From: Candidatus Latescibacterota bacterium
GTDB lineage: Bacteria; Latescibacterota; UBA2968
Length of the DNA stretch: 64,000 bases
NCBI GenBank assembly: GCA_965205975.1
Contig: OZ242195.1
Coordinates: 4,480,001-4,544,000, forward strand
Reading direction: 5' to 3'
The position numbers and the translations under genes are program-made. Positions within the stretch are counted from its first letter, which is position 1, and every line of letters begins with the position of its first letter. The notes under the pieces were generated by a model, which was not told the origin of the DNA, made no database searches, and saw only the letters and a list, made by a program, of their open reading frames with translations. Shown here piece after piece: positions 43,501 through 50,974 of the stretch.

Positions 43501-43995
43501 TGTCAGGTTGGGCAGGGCGTTTTTGCCAATAGCAGGGGCGGTCGGTTTTAATCCTTTTATGGCTTTTTCAGTGGTCCAGATAATGGATTCCATGTCTGGA
43601 TCATCTATTATGAGGATATCGCGTCCCGATGACGTCAGTTCCCAGTATCGGGATGGGGCAAGAGAGATGGTGTGTCCCCTGTGCAAGATGTCGCCGGGTG
43701 CGGGCAATAATAGGGGGATGGATTGGAAGACGATGGTTCCGGTTTCTGTTCTGCCCAGTTGACCTGGTCGCCCGGGAAAAATGCCGAGACACTGTTCCCG
43801 TTCCGCACCATTGGTCCACAGTTCCGTCAGTGCGATTCCGCCCATTTCTCGAGAATAGGTCCACACCTGACTGGTCGCTCCGGTGCGGAGGATTAGATCC
43901 TCCTGAGCGTCTGCTGTGCTCCAGAGCACAACAGCTATGAGTAATGCGTATCTGATTGGTAAAGTGAACACGGTATGTCTCCTTAAAGGATACAC
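40501..43995 (-). CDS. TPR + GWxTD-domain secreted protein (paralogue 1) with extra N-terminal domains
   Basis: Signal peptide (ADA-Q); about 340-aa N-terminal extension; TPRs; FWALKDPNLITSINER, EHYRRVWYA, PFDRRGEVYIRFGEPD, WETWIY, FTDE. Confidence 0.85.
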   Translation of the reverse strand: MYPLRRHTVFTLPIRYALLIAVVLWSTADAQEDLILRTGATSQVWTYSREMGGIALTELWTNGAEREQCLGIFPGRPGQLGRTETGTIVFQSIPLLLPAPGDILHRGHTISLAPSRYWELTSSGRDILIIDDPDMESIIWTTEKAIKGLKPTAPAIGKNALPNLTSGFNAARLAQLSLSRWDFKQAADYYKQAARHFESLARQSAKNGLSESPMRDYVQTFQTAAQEIRKNGSRWVCRDHLTAIARLLTAYHRDHRGEMPDQLSALQKWAIAESRADPGTIARLFRAPVDRDQTRPVSYFYRPNAATGEAIVVSYFYPGRFVELVRHTENYRVQDRPIGQTQIDSLLTIGKIFLSQNDTLAVPILTALTHVAPEMELGHCLLGYAYLEVENYDRARDAFERAIDLNHRLSEAYNGLGLVFQNRPKGMYNAIRYFRRALQWPPDERLSQLYNTHRDARFNMAQARYKLKEYDTKRDLDHVIALDPTYAPTYKLLGKWWEEQEEDYEQAAMAYARYITLAPGDPEGRELLSRAYLRSKNFDRIVQLLEDHIREYPEEITSLPILAQACLEQKRPNWAQTYFSRYVAHLNPQHRALYEDIQFLASVEELEEYNSLDTDAARSSYLRQFWALKDPNLITSINERKLEHYRRVWYALTNFSEKKKPFDRRGEVYIRFGEPDYRSRSNMLNLDQSLSVQRVKERVAQTLFGGEAAQQTYFGPVYPVRGLQARLSGATPLRAQIEDESMQQAIEQSQERERQGLESGDEEQRTVRSAQATGDDQTGEDISTFERLANTVVNAGNMGSGFFDLQPDFHAVSVPEDASMVRWETWIYTDVNGGIEITFTDEAMNGNFDYAPAPLDPNIPIRTLALLNRYNPRRVTEFAARVTPDYYATPENTRPLEFYYDLADFQSLQNDVSALEVYTGIPRTLGRYFAENNTTELVVERTVSLLNEQTGDVYRRTGDVRFRNKGDQTGIQGAFVPDVVRLDAPPGYYKLEVQLQDRLSGRQGRYRQIIELEKYQTRSMKVSDLELAWRIAEGGPQDKFRKGELHVVPMPTRTYPKGQNIFVYYEIYNLKRDEFGQTKYQVEYTIAPKGKGVGGAVSRMVRTLGGKREKVLMGYEQVGTMDLETVYTELELGDREPGRYALEVVITDLNSEQTASKNALFVVQ

Positions 43996-43998
43996 CGT

Positions 43999-45417
43999 TC
44001 AATGCAACTTTCGAAAAGCAGTCCAGCATACGCGTAGTAGCAAAAAGCCGTGCCGAAAGCGGTGGATCTGCGTGGTTCCGTACACCCGATCCCGATAGCG
44101 CACGGGTACTTCTACGATTTTGCGAACGAGTTTGGACGCGCCGAGGAGGAGATCAAAATCTCCAAAGGGATCGAAGTCACATACGTCTCGACGCGCTCTG
44201 GCCAATTTTTTGTAGTCCGAGGCAAACAGGACTTTGGTACCGCACAGGGTATCCAGGATGCGTTGTCCCAAAAGGCAGCTCAATATCCAGCCGAAAAATC
44301 GGTTGCCCAGAAGGTTCAGGAATCGCATGGCCTGTTGTTCCATGGGATATACGAGGCGAGATCCCACGGCGAGTTCGGCGCGGCCCGATACGAGAGCGTC
44401 GAAGAATTTGGGCAGTTCCTCTGGCGCGACGGTCAGATCGCCGTCCAGGATCATCAATATATCACCTCTGGCTGCGTCAAATCCCTGCCGCACAGCGTCA
44501 CCTTTGCCTGTTCCGGTTTGTCGGATCAGGCGGATGTCTGTTCCCCTATATACCGCCATGCATCGCTCGACTTCTTCGGCGGTGTCGTCTGTTGAATGTC
44601 CCACGACAAAGATTAGTTCTGTATGCGCTCCCATCGCAGGTGTGCGCGCAATTGCCGCTTCCACTGTGCCGCACTCGTTTTTGCAGGGTATTATTACCGA
44701 GCAAGTGACTGCGGAGGCTTCTCGTGCGGGAAAGACGGGACGGGCGACGAGTGTCTGTATGAGACACAGGCGTCTCAGTCCCGGCACTCTTGCCAGAAGG
44801 CGATTGGCAAGCCATGCGAGAAGGGGGACGCGGCGGGGCAAAAACAGACGGGTTTCCCGTCGAATTTCTTCAAAGCCCGATAGGTAAAGTAAATTCTGAA
44901 TGTCCCGGTGTGTCAACCAGTTTTGCACGGGTTCGGGCATTTTTAAGCGGAATATTTCTCCGGTTTTTAGCACGGGTTTCCACAGGGGATTGTAGTGCGT
45001 AATCAGGACGCGGGAGCCGGGTAGTACGACTTTCCACAGTTCGCTGAATACGCGCTGGATGTCTGGCAGAAAACCCAGCAGGTCCGATAGGATGATCCAT
45101 TCGAATCGCTCCCCTTCGGGCAAATTCTCGGCGCGTCCCACGCGAAATATTAGGTCGGGGTATTTTTTGCGTGCGCGTTTTATCATTGCTTCGCTGAAGT
45201 CAATGCCGAGTCCCCGTCTCGGTTTCAGGCCCGCGAGCAGGTCGCCGGTGCCGCATCCTATGACCAGGACAGACGATCCTTCGGGCACAGCGCAGCGGCA
45301 AAATCGCAAGACTTCTTCGTGATAGGTGCGGTTGCGCCTGCGCCAACGGTCCCGGTTTTCGGCAGCTTTGTCGAAAAATTTCCGTATGGCGCCGCTATCG
45401 GGGAAGGGGTTTTTCAT
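43999..45417 (-). CDS. Class I SAM methyltransferase fused to a DPM1-like GT2 glycosyltransferase
   Basis: Likely start ATG 45417. VLVIGCGTG and GIDFS (MTase); SVIIPCKNE, STDDT, GKGDAV, ILDGD, GSR, DTLCGTK, EVPVRY.DR.YG (polyprenol-phosphate glycosyltransferase-like GT2). Confidence 0.88.
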   Translation of the reverse strand: MKNPFPDSGAIRKFFDKAAENRDRWRRRNRTYHEEVLRFCRCAVPEGSSVLVIGCGTGDLLAGLKPRRGLGIDFSEAMIKRARKKYPDLIFRVGRAENLPEGERFEWIILSDLLGFLPDIQRVFSELWKVVLPGSRVLITHYNPLWKPVLKTGEIFRLKMPEPVQNWLTHRDIQNLLYLSGFEEIRRETRLFLPRRVPLLAWLANRLLARVPGLRRLCLIQTLVARPVFPAREASAVTCSVIIPCKNECGTVEAAIARTPAMGAHTELIFVVGHSTDDTAEEVERCMAVYRGTDIRLIRQTGTGKGDAVRQGFDAARGDILMILDGDLTVAPEELPKFFDALVSGRAELAVGSRLVYPMEQQAMRFLNLLGNRFFGWILSCLLGQRILDTLCGTKVLFASDYKKLARARRDVCDFDPFGDFDLLLGASKLVRKIVEVPVRYRDRVYGTTQIHRFRHGFLLLRVCWTAFRKLH

Positions 45418-47266
45418 GTGAGGTCTCGTGATTTTTTTTGAGTATTTCCAATTCACGGCGTGCCAGTTGCGCGACTTGCGGGTCTCCCCGCCAGAGTTCT
45501 ATAAAGCGCGTGTACGCCTGTATGGCTGCGGTTTTTTCGCCGTTGTCACGATGGGCTTTTCCCAGGTTAAAATACGCTTCAGCCCAATTTGGACGCAATG
45601 CTATGGCACGGGCATAAGCGGTAGTGGCATGTGCGGGATGGCCCAATTTTTCGCGGACCACGCCCAGGTTGTAGAAAATTTCTGCGTTGGTCGGGTCGAG
45701 TATAGCTGCTCGTTCAAAGGCCGAATGCGCGTCGGTTATTTGTCCGGCCTGCATTGCTGCGAGTCCTTTGTTCATGTAGGCTTCGATGTAATCCGGTTCT
45801 ATTTCTACTGCTTTTTGATACGCGGCTGTCGCGTTCTTAAAACGGGCTGTTGCGGCATAGAGATTTCCTAGGTTGTTATAGGTGAGGGCACTTTTTTGCA
45901 CTGATAGGGCATTTCTATAAGCTGTTTCGGCTTCGGACATCCTGCCGCGTTCGGATAGAGCGTCGCCCAGAGCGTGTTGCATTTTCGCGCTTTTGGGATA
46001 TGCTGTTACTGCGCTCTGGTAAAGTGTTAAGTCGTCTCGCCATTCGGTGTTTCGGACAATTGTTCGGGCGCTATATCCCACAAGGATCAGGGCGGCGAGG
46101 GCAATGGTGCCCGTTTTTTGATGTTTTTCAAGGTGTTCAAATCCCAGACCGCACAGCGTGAATAAACCGAGAACTGGAATGTATAGAAATCGTTCCTGAA
46201 AAATGGCGTTGATCAGGACGAGTGTTTGCGATACGACTGAATAGGGTACAAAGAATAATGATAGAGCAAAAAATACGCAGGGCCAGCGCCAGCGAAAAGC
46301 ACCCACCCATAATAGAAGACTTGCGATGCCGAGGATTATGCCCGCTATTGCTTCGGGCGCGAGTATAGAAGTGATGACGGGGATGGCGTTATAAGAGTAA
46401 TCTACGGAAAGTTTGAAGGGTAACAAAATGAGAATGCAATATTTCCAGAGTAGTCCGGCGGCTGTCAAGAGTCTGTGGTCGAGGGGCTGGTCTATGAGTG
46501 GGTTGTTGAGGGCGAGTATATTTTCGGCTGAGAATCCCAGGCCCGCAGCGACTTTTCGCATGGTTAGGTAGATGGCAAAAATCCCGATGAATCCGGCCCA
46601 GCGCGCGCCGCGTTGCCACAGGAGATTGCGTATTCCTTTTGGGCGGGATAGGGCAAAGGTCAGATCGACGGCAATGACCAGTCCCAGTACGGCTATCGCG
46701 CTTTCTTTGGAGAGCAAGGCGAGAAAGAATCCCGCGAGGGCCAGTCCGTAATATTTTTCCGCGCTCCGGTTATGCCAGTGGATGTACAGGAGCAAGGCTG
46801 TTAGAGAAAACAGGCCAGCCAATAAATCTGCACGCCCAAATGTGATGCCGGCGACGACTTCGGCATGGATGGGATGTACGGCAAAGAGCAATCCGGCCAG
46901 GATCGCGCCCCGTTTTAGTCCCAGACTCAGGCAGAGGAGATAGGCGAGGAGGCTGTTAACCACGTGCAGGATTACGTTGGTGAGGTGAAATCGGAAGGGC
47001 CATATCCCTCCCAGGCCATCCAGCATAAAAGACAGGACCGTCAGGGGGCGATATTGCCCGTTGACGTTGGCTTCACCCTCGTATCCGCCCCAGTAATGCG
47101 TGGTTAAAATGCCCCATACATCGGCTTCGCGAAGCAATCGGTTGCGTTCGATCAGAAAGTGATCGTCATAGACCAATCCGTTGCCCAGGCTGTTTGCGAA
47201 TACCAGAAAGGCCGCCAATCCCACCGCGATGAGAGGATAGGTTTTTCCGCGTTGTTTTATAGGCAT
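45395..47266 (-). CDS. TMTC-like GT-C glycosyltransferase (protein O-mannosyltransferase homologue) with C-terminal TPRs
   Basis: Likely start ATG 47266. VYDD, HYWG, YRPLTVLSF, FHLTNVILH, LFAVHPIHAEVVAGI..GRADLL, LLSKES, NNPL, P..LSVDYS, ERFLYIP, RN.EW; then several TPRs. Confidence 0.85.
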   Translation of the reverse strand: MPIKQRGKTYPLIAVGLAAFLVFANSLGNGLVYDDHFLIERNRLLREADVWGILTTHYWGGYEGEANVNGQYRPLTVLSFMLDGLGGIWPFRFHLTNVILHVVNSLLAYLLCLSLGLKRGAILAGLLFAVHPIHAEVVAGITFGRADLLAGLFSLTALLLYIHWHNRSAEKYYGLALAGFFLALLSKESAIAVLGLVIAVDLTFALSRPKGIRNLLWQRGARWAGFIGIFAIYLTMRKVAAGLGFSAENILALNNPLIDQPLDHRLLTAAGLLWKYCILILLPFKLSVDYSYNAIPVITSILAPEAIAGIILGIASLLLWVGAFRWRWPCVFFALSLFFVPYSVVSQTLVLINAIFQERFLYIPVLGLFTLCGLGFEHLEKHQKTGTIALAALILVGYSARTIVRNTEWRDDLTLYQSAVTAYPKSAKMQHALGDALSERGRMSEAETAYRNALSVQKSALTYNNLGNLYAATARFKNATAAYQKAVEIEPDYIEAYMNKGLAAMQAGQITDAHSAFERAAILDPTNAEIFYNLGVVREKLGHPAHATTAYARAIALRPNWAEAYFNLGKAHRDNGEKTAAIQAYTRFIELWRGDPQVAQLARRELEILKKNHETSHEKPLPR

Positions 47267-47276
47267 TAAAAGCAAC

Positions 47277-47351
47277 CACAGATGAACACGGATGAACACA
47301 GAGTAAGTAGCAGTTAGCAAAACAAGCGGTTAGCTGACCGCTGATAGCTGA
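47277..47351. repeat. Short intergenic tandem repeats (10-mer and 7-mer)
   Basis: CACAGATGAA-CACGGATGAA-CACAGA, followed by TAGCAGT-TAGCAAA and TAGCTGA-CCGCTGA-TAGCTGA. Confidence 0.7.
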
Positions 47352-47359
47352 TTGCACAG

Positions 47360-47402
47360 AATACAAAGGGCGATTGCCAGGGTGCAACCCCGGCAGTCGC
47401 CC
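47360..47402 (-). terminator. Intrinsic terminator or stem-loop after the PorV-like gene
   Basis: Minus strand GGGCGACTGCCGGGGT-tgc-ACCCTGGCAATCGCCC followed by TTTGTATT. Confidence 0.65.
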
Positions 47403-47450
47403 GAAAAATGTACAAACTATGGTCATCGCAGAAACTGCGATAGCCGTTTG

Positions 47451-48449
47451 TTAGAACGTGCCGCCTATTGATATGCGCAGCGGCGAGTCAAATAGCGCTA
47501 CGCCGTCAATATCCTTCAGCAGCGAATAGGACACATCTATGGCGAATGTGCGCCCACCCACTGTCTGTTTGACGCCAGCGCCAAGGGCAAAGGATTCGAG
47601 GTCGTAATTCCACTTATAGCCCGCGCGCACAGCTACCATATTCTGGACCCAGAGTTCGGCTCCAAAGTGATAGCGTTGCTCGAAATCTACGGGGAATACG
47701 CTCTCGGCCGCCAGTGTCAAATAGGTCGGATCGCCTTTTTCGCCATAGACTTCGGCTGCCAGGCCCATGTTGTAGGTCAGGGGCATCAGGTAGGAGAATG
47801 CCTCTTCCCGAGCTTTCTGGTCTGGGCCGAAGTTCTTGAACGACATGGCTACGCGCAGGCTTCTAAACCCGGTGTAGAAATGACTGCCCAGGTCTATGGT
47901 AAATGTGCTGGTTTTTTGCGTGTAGAGTTTTTCCTGCACATAGTTGGCTTTGGCGCTGAACGAGAATTTGTCTGTGAATTTTATGGCGTAGAGCAGGCCT
48001 ACCGCCATGTAGTTCACATCGACAAACTGACCCGTTCCACTCGGCTGGAAGATGGTGGTTTCTTCGATGGGTTCGACCTGCTGTGTAATCAGGCTGATCC
48101 CCAGGACTTCACCCCGAGACGAGTGGGTATTGAAGACAGCTGCCGCCGAATACAGTTCTGTGCCTGCCAGCCATTTGGTGTAGTTGGCCTGATAGGCGAA
48201 CTTTTCCACATGGGTCAGCCCAGCGCCGTTCCAGAAGATGGCGTTGATATCATCGGCAATTGCCGTGTATGAATCACCCATCCCCACGGCACGCGCACCC
48301 TGTCCGATTTTCAAAAATTGCATGCCTGCGATATTGACTTTCTTGACCCCTTCGATCGCGGTTACACCTTCATATTCAAGCCCCAGAGCGGGACTGGCGA
48401 TCAGCAGCAGGCTCAGGAACGCTGTAAGTATGAGATTTTTTCGTTTCAC
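47451..48449 (-). CDS. PorV/PorQ-family outer-membrane beta-barrel (T9SS shuttle-like)
   Basis: Signal peptide; QFLKIGQGARAVGMGD.YTAIADD..AIFWN.AGL signature; beta-strands; terminal F. Confidence 0.85.
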   Translation of the reverse strand: MKRKNLILTAFLSLLLIASPALGLEYEGVTAIEGVKKVNIAGMQFLKIGQGARAVGMGDSYTAIADDINAIFWNGAGLTHVEKFAYQANYTKWLAGTELYSAAAVFNTHSSRGEVLGISLITQQVEPIEETTIFQPSGTGQFVDVNYMAVGLLYAIKFTDKFSFSAKANYVQEKLYTQKTSTFTIDLGSHFYTGFRSLRVAMSFKNFGPDQKAREEAFSYLMPLTYNMGLAAEVYGEKGDPTYLTLAAESVFPVDFEQRYHFGAELWVQNMVAVRAGYKWNYDLESFALGAGVKQTVGGRTFAIDVSYSLLKDIDGVALFDSPLRISIGGTF

Positions 48450-48467
48450 AATGAATACCTCCTCCGG

Positions 48468-50900
48468 CTACTTGATCACTACAAAAGTACCGCGCTGAAT
48501 CTTGTTTTCGCTGCCCGGGGTTTCGGATACGACGACGAAGTAGTACAGTCCGGTCTGGATTTCGCCAGCCAGATTGTACGTCACCTGCCGAAACGAGGCT
48601 TCGCCCCGGTCTGGATTATCGTGCGTGACGGTATAGACCCTGTCGCCAGAAGCCGAAAAGATGTGGATTTTACACTTTTGAGGAATCCCCACAAAGCGCA
48701 GATTTCGGCTTCTGGGATAGTTATGCTTGTCATCCACAAAATAGGGATTTGGCACCACTGTCACCTTTCGGTCGAGCTGATCGGTTTCGGTAGTGGTCGG
48801 CTGGAAGGGCCGTCTGTCATCGGCGTCGTAGGTGCGTGCAGTGGCAGGTCCCCAACCGCTCTCGTATCCACCCGTGGCATTGGCACGCGCCCTGCCCGTG
48901 GGCAGATCTCCTATTGCCATTCCGCCGCCCATCCAGTCGCTATATCCGCTGTTGTAGGGTCGCACCGAGTAGTGGTATGCAAATCCGGCGGCGGTATCCT
49001 GATCTTCATACGTGTATTTCCCGCCAGCGAGCGACCACTGGCCGTTGAGGCTGGAACCGCTTTGCCCTTTTAGCACGGTATCGTGCAATTTCCAGGGACC
49101 CCATCCGAACCAGGTGGAGCGATAGACGTGGTAGCCCGCGATGTCTTGTTGTCCGGTGTAGGGATTGACCGCGCGGTCGGCATCGTCAATCCACGAAATC
49201 TGTTGGCGGGCAAATCCACTGGAAGTCAGGTCATCGGCAGCGATAAATGCATTCGTCGGTGCCGGTGGATGGTGGAAATTGGAATCGTAGATAAAATGCG
49301 CGAGTTGCAGATTCTCAAATGCCGCTTGCTCGCCCAGAGTTTTGAATTCCTGGATCTTGGTTTCTACCGGCGCATCCGAACGGTCCCAGGTCAGTATATC
49401 CTGGTTCTTCATCTGAGCCGGGTGACCGGCGACATAAGCCATCACGATCTTGGCACTTTCGCCCGCCCGAAGCGTGTACGGACCATAGACTTGCGAGAAA
49501 ATGTAAAATTTTCGGTCATCCACATTGCTCTCGTTCGGGTTGTTTTTGATTCCTCCCTTTAGTATGGCACCATACATCTGGGACTCGGTGTCTTTTTCCG
49601 TATAGGGATCGTCAAAGTCGTCTTTGGACCGCGCCTGCCACCACTGCGCCGAGAAGGGCTGGTCGCCCTGTGGCTGGACGTATTTGCCCATGTCCCGGGT
49701 GTTAAAGGCGTGTAGCCCCGGTGCATCGGTAAACGCGATGGGCGCCATCACGATGTGTTGCGGTGCTCGAAGCTGGCCTTCGGTTGCATCAATCGCATCC
49801 GAATCGGTATGGCCCAGTCGTTTGAAATACGGGTCGCCCGTGTCGTCGTATGGCGACAATGGGTTGTCGGAATCGCGGAAAATGCTGGCTTTATACCCGG
49901 GGGCAAACGCACCCGCGTAGTTACTCGCATCGGAATAAAAATAAATATCATCCACACCGCGACCACCAGACGTCACATAACCATCCCAGCCAAAGGCTTG
50001 CAGAACGCCCATTGCAGCGGACACCCAGGAGTTTACAAACGAAAAATAGATATCGTACTGCGTGGCTGTGCCGCCGGGATTGTCTTCCTGCCCATCACCG
50101 TCAAAATCACCCGTATTGGTGAATGTCAAATCCACCAGATAAAAATCGTCAAAGTCCGGGTGGCTCCAATTATAGACCCGCCGCGTTACCTGAATACCCT
50201 GTTTGATGTGTACCCAGCGGGTGATGATGGTTTCTTCGGGGAGCGACAGATCGGCGATATAGCCACTCAGATTGTAGTTTCCAATGACCAGGGGGCTGGT
50301 TTTGGAGGGATCTAACTCGTTTCCATAATAACTTCCAAAATCTGTCTGTGTCACACCGGGCCAGTAATTGGACAGCCACGGTTCTGATCCTCCACCGCTC
50401 CAGCCGCCCGAAGCGGCAAGCACGTTTGAGGCATCTCCGAGTGTCCGCAGTGGGTTGGGAACGCCCCAGTGTTCTTCTTCGTTGCCTCTGGGATCATAAG
50501 GCAATGGACGAATAAAATCCCTGATCCACGGCGAAGGCCGTGGCCCGGTCAAGCTGATTTGTCCGTCGGATGTCAAAATCCACAAACCATCGCCCATCGA
50601 GGTTTTGTAGTCGTTATAGACCTGGGATTTTGGTCCGCTTGTGAATTGCGACAGCACTTGTCCGAAGGAACCTGGCCCCACGCCATTGTGGGGATAGGCA
50701 TTTCGGTCGCCGCCGCGGTTGATTTCGGGGCTGCCTCCCTGGATACCCATGTTGTTCCAGGAATTGGAGATCAATGCCCTGGTGTTTTCCCTGAAAGGGA
50801 CTGTATTTGGGTCGAATTGCGCTGTGGCATCAGTAGCTATAATAGCTCCCACCGCAGCGCATATTGCGACCCATCCTGTAAAAACTTTAAATCGCGTCAT
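48468..50900 (-). CDS. Secreted protein with an FN3-like domain and a T9SS type-A-like C-terminal sorting domain
   Basis: Signal peptide; DFDGDG Ca-binding loop; AGYHVYRS...YED...YHYSV (FN3); C-terminal VTVVPNPY...LRFVGIP..CKIHIFS.SGD.V...TGLYYFVV...GTFVVIK. Confidence 0.78.
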   Translation of the reverse strand: MTRFKVFTGWVAICAAVGAIIATDATAQFDPNTVPFRENTRALISNSWNNMGIQGGSPEINRGGDRNAYPHNGVGPGSFGQVLSQFTSGPKSQVYNDYKTSMGDGLWILTSDGQISLTGPRPSPWIRDFIRPLPYDPRGNEEEHWGVPNPLRTLGDASNVLAASGGWSGGGSEPWLSNYWPGVTQTDFGSYYGNELDPSKTSPLVIGNYNLSGYIADLSLPEETIITRWVHIKQGIQVTRRVYNWSHPDFDDFYLVDLTFTNTGDFDGDGQEDNPGGTATQYDIYFSFVNSWVSAAMGVLQAFGWDGYVTSGGRGVDDIYFYSDASNYAGAFAPGYKASIFRDSDNPLSPYDDTGDPYFKRLGHTDSDAIDATEGQLRAPQHIVMAPIAFTDAPGLHAFNTRDMGKYVQPQGDQPFSAQWWQARSKDDFDDPYTEKDTESQMYGAILKGGIKNNPNESNVDDRKFYIFSQVYGPYTLRAGESAKIVMAYVAGHPAQMKNQDILTWDRSDAPVETKIQEFKTLGEQAAFENLQLAHFIYDSNFHHPPAPTNAFIAADDLTSSGFARQQISWIDDADRAVNPYTGQQDIAGYHVYRSTWFGWGPWKLHDTVLKGQSGSSLNGQWSLAGGKYTYEDQDTAAGFAYHYSVRPYNSGYSDWMGGGMAIGDLPTGRARANATGGYESGWGPATARTYDADDRRPFQPTTTETDQLDRKVTVVPNPYFVDDKHNYPRSRNLRFVGIPQKCKIHIFSASGDRVYTVTHDNPDRGEASFRQVTYNLAGEIQTGLYYFVVVSETPGSENKIQRGTFVVIK

Positions 50901-50939
50901 AGTATTCCTCGCCCTCCATGTCGGGTTTCGGAAAGGGTA

Positions 50940-50967
50940 TGCGAGTGGGCTACAAGACCCACTCGCA
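50940..50967. other. Intercistronic stem-loop between the TBDR and cargo genes
   Basis: TGCGAGTGGG-ctacaaga-CCCACTCGCA, with no U-run on the coding strand. Confidence 0.6.
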
Positions 50968-50974
50968 CAACCCG

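Noticed and set aside
28802..43995. Diversity-generating retroelement or polymorphic toxin locus behind GWxTD variation
   Set aside because: No reverse transcriptase, no TR/VR pair with adenine-specific differences seen, and no small immunity genes between paralogues.
45418..47320. Longer starts given by the ORF track (45456 and 47320; likewise 27749, 36098, 22102)
   Set aside because: Downstream ATGs fit better with SD position, gene coupling or paralogue N-termini; the 47320 extension runs through the micro-repeats.
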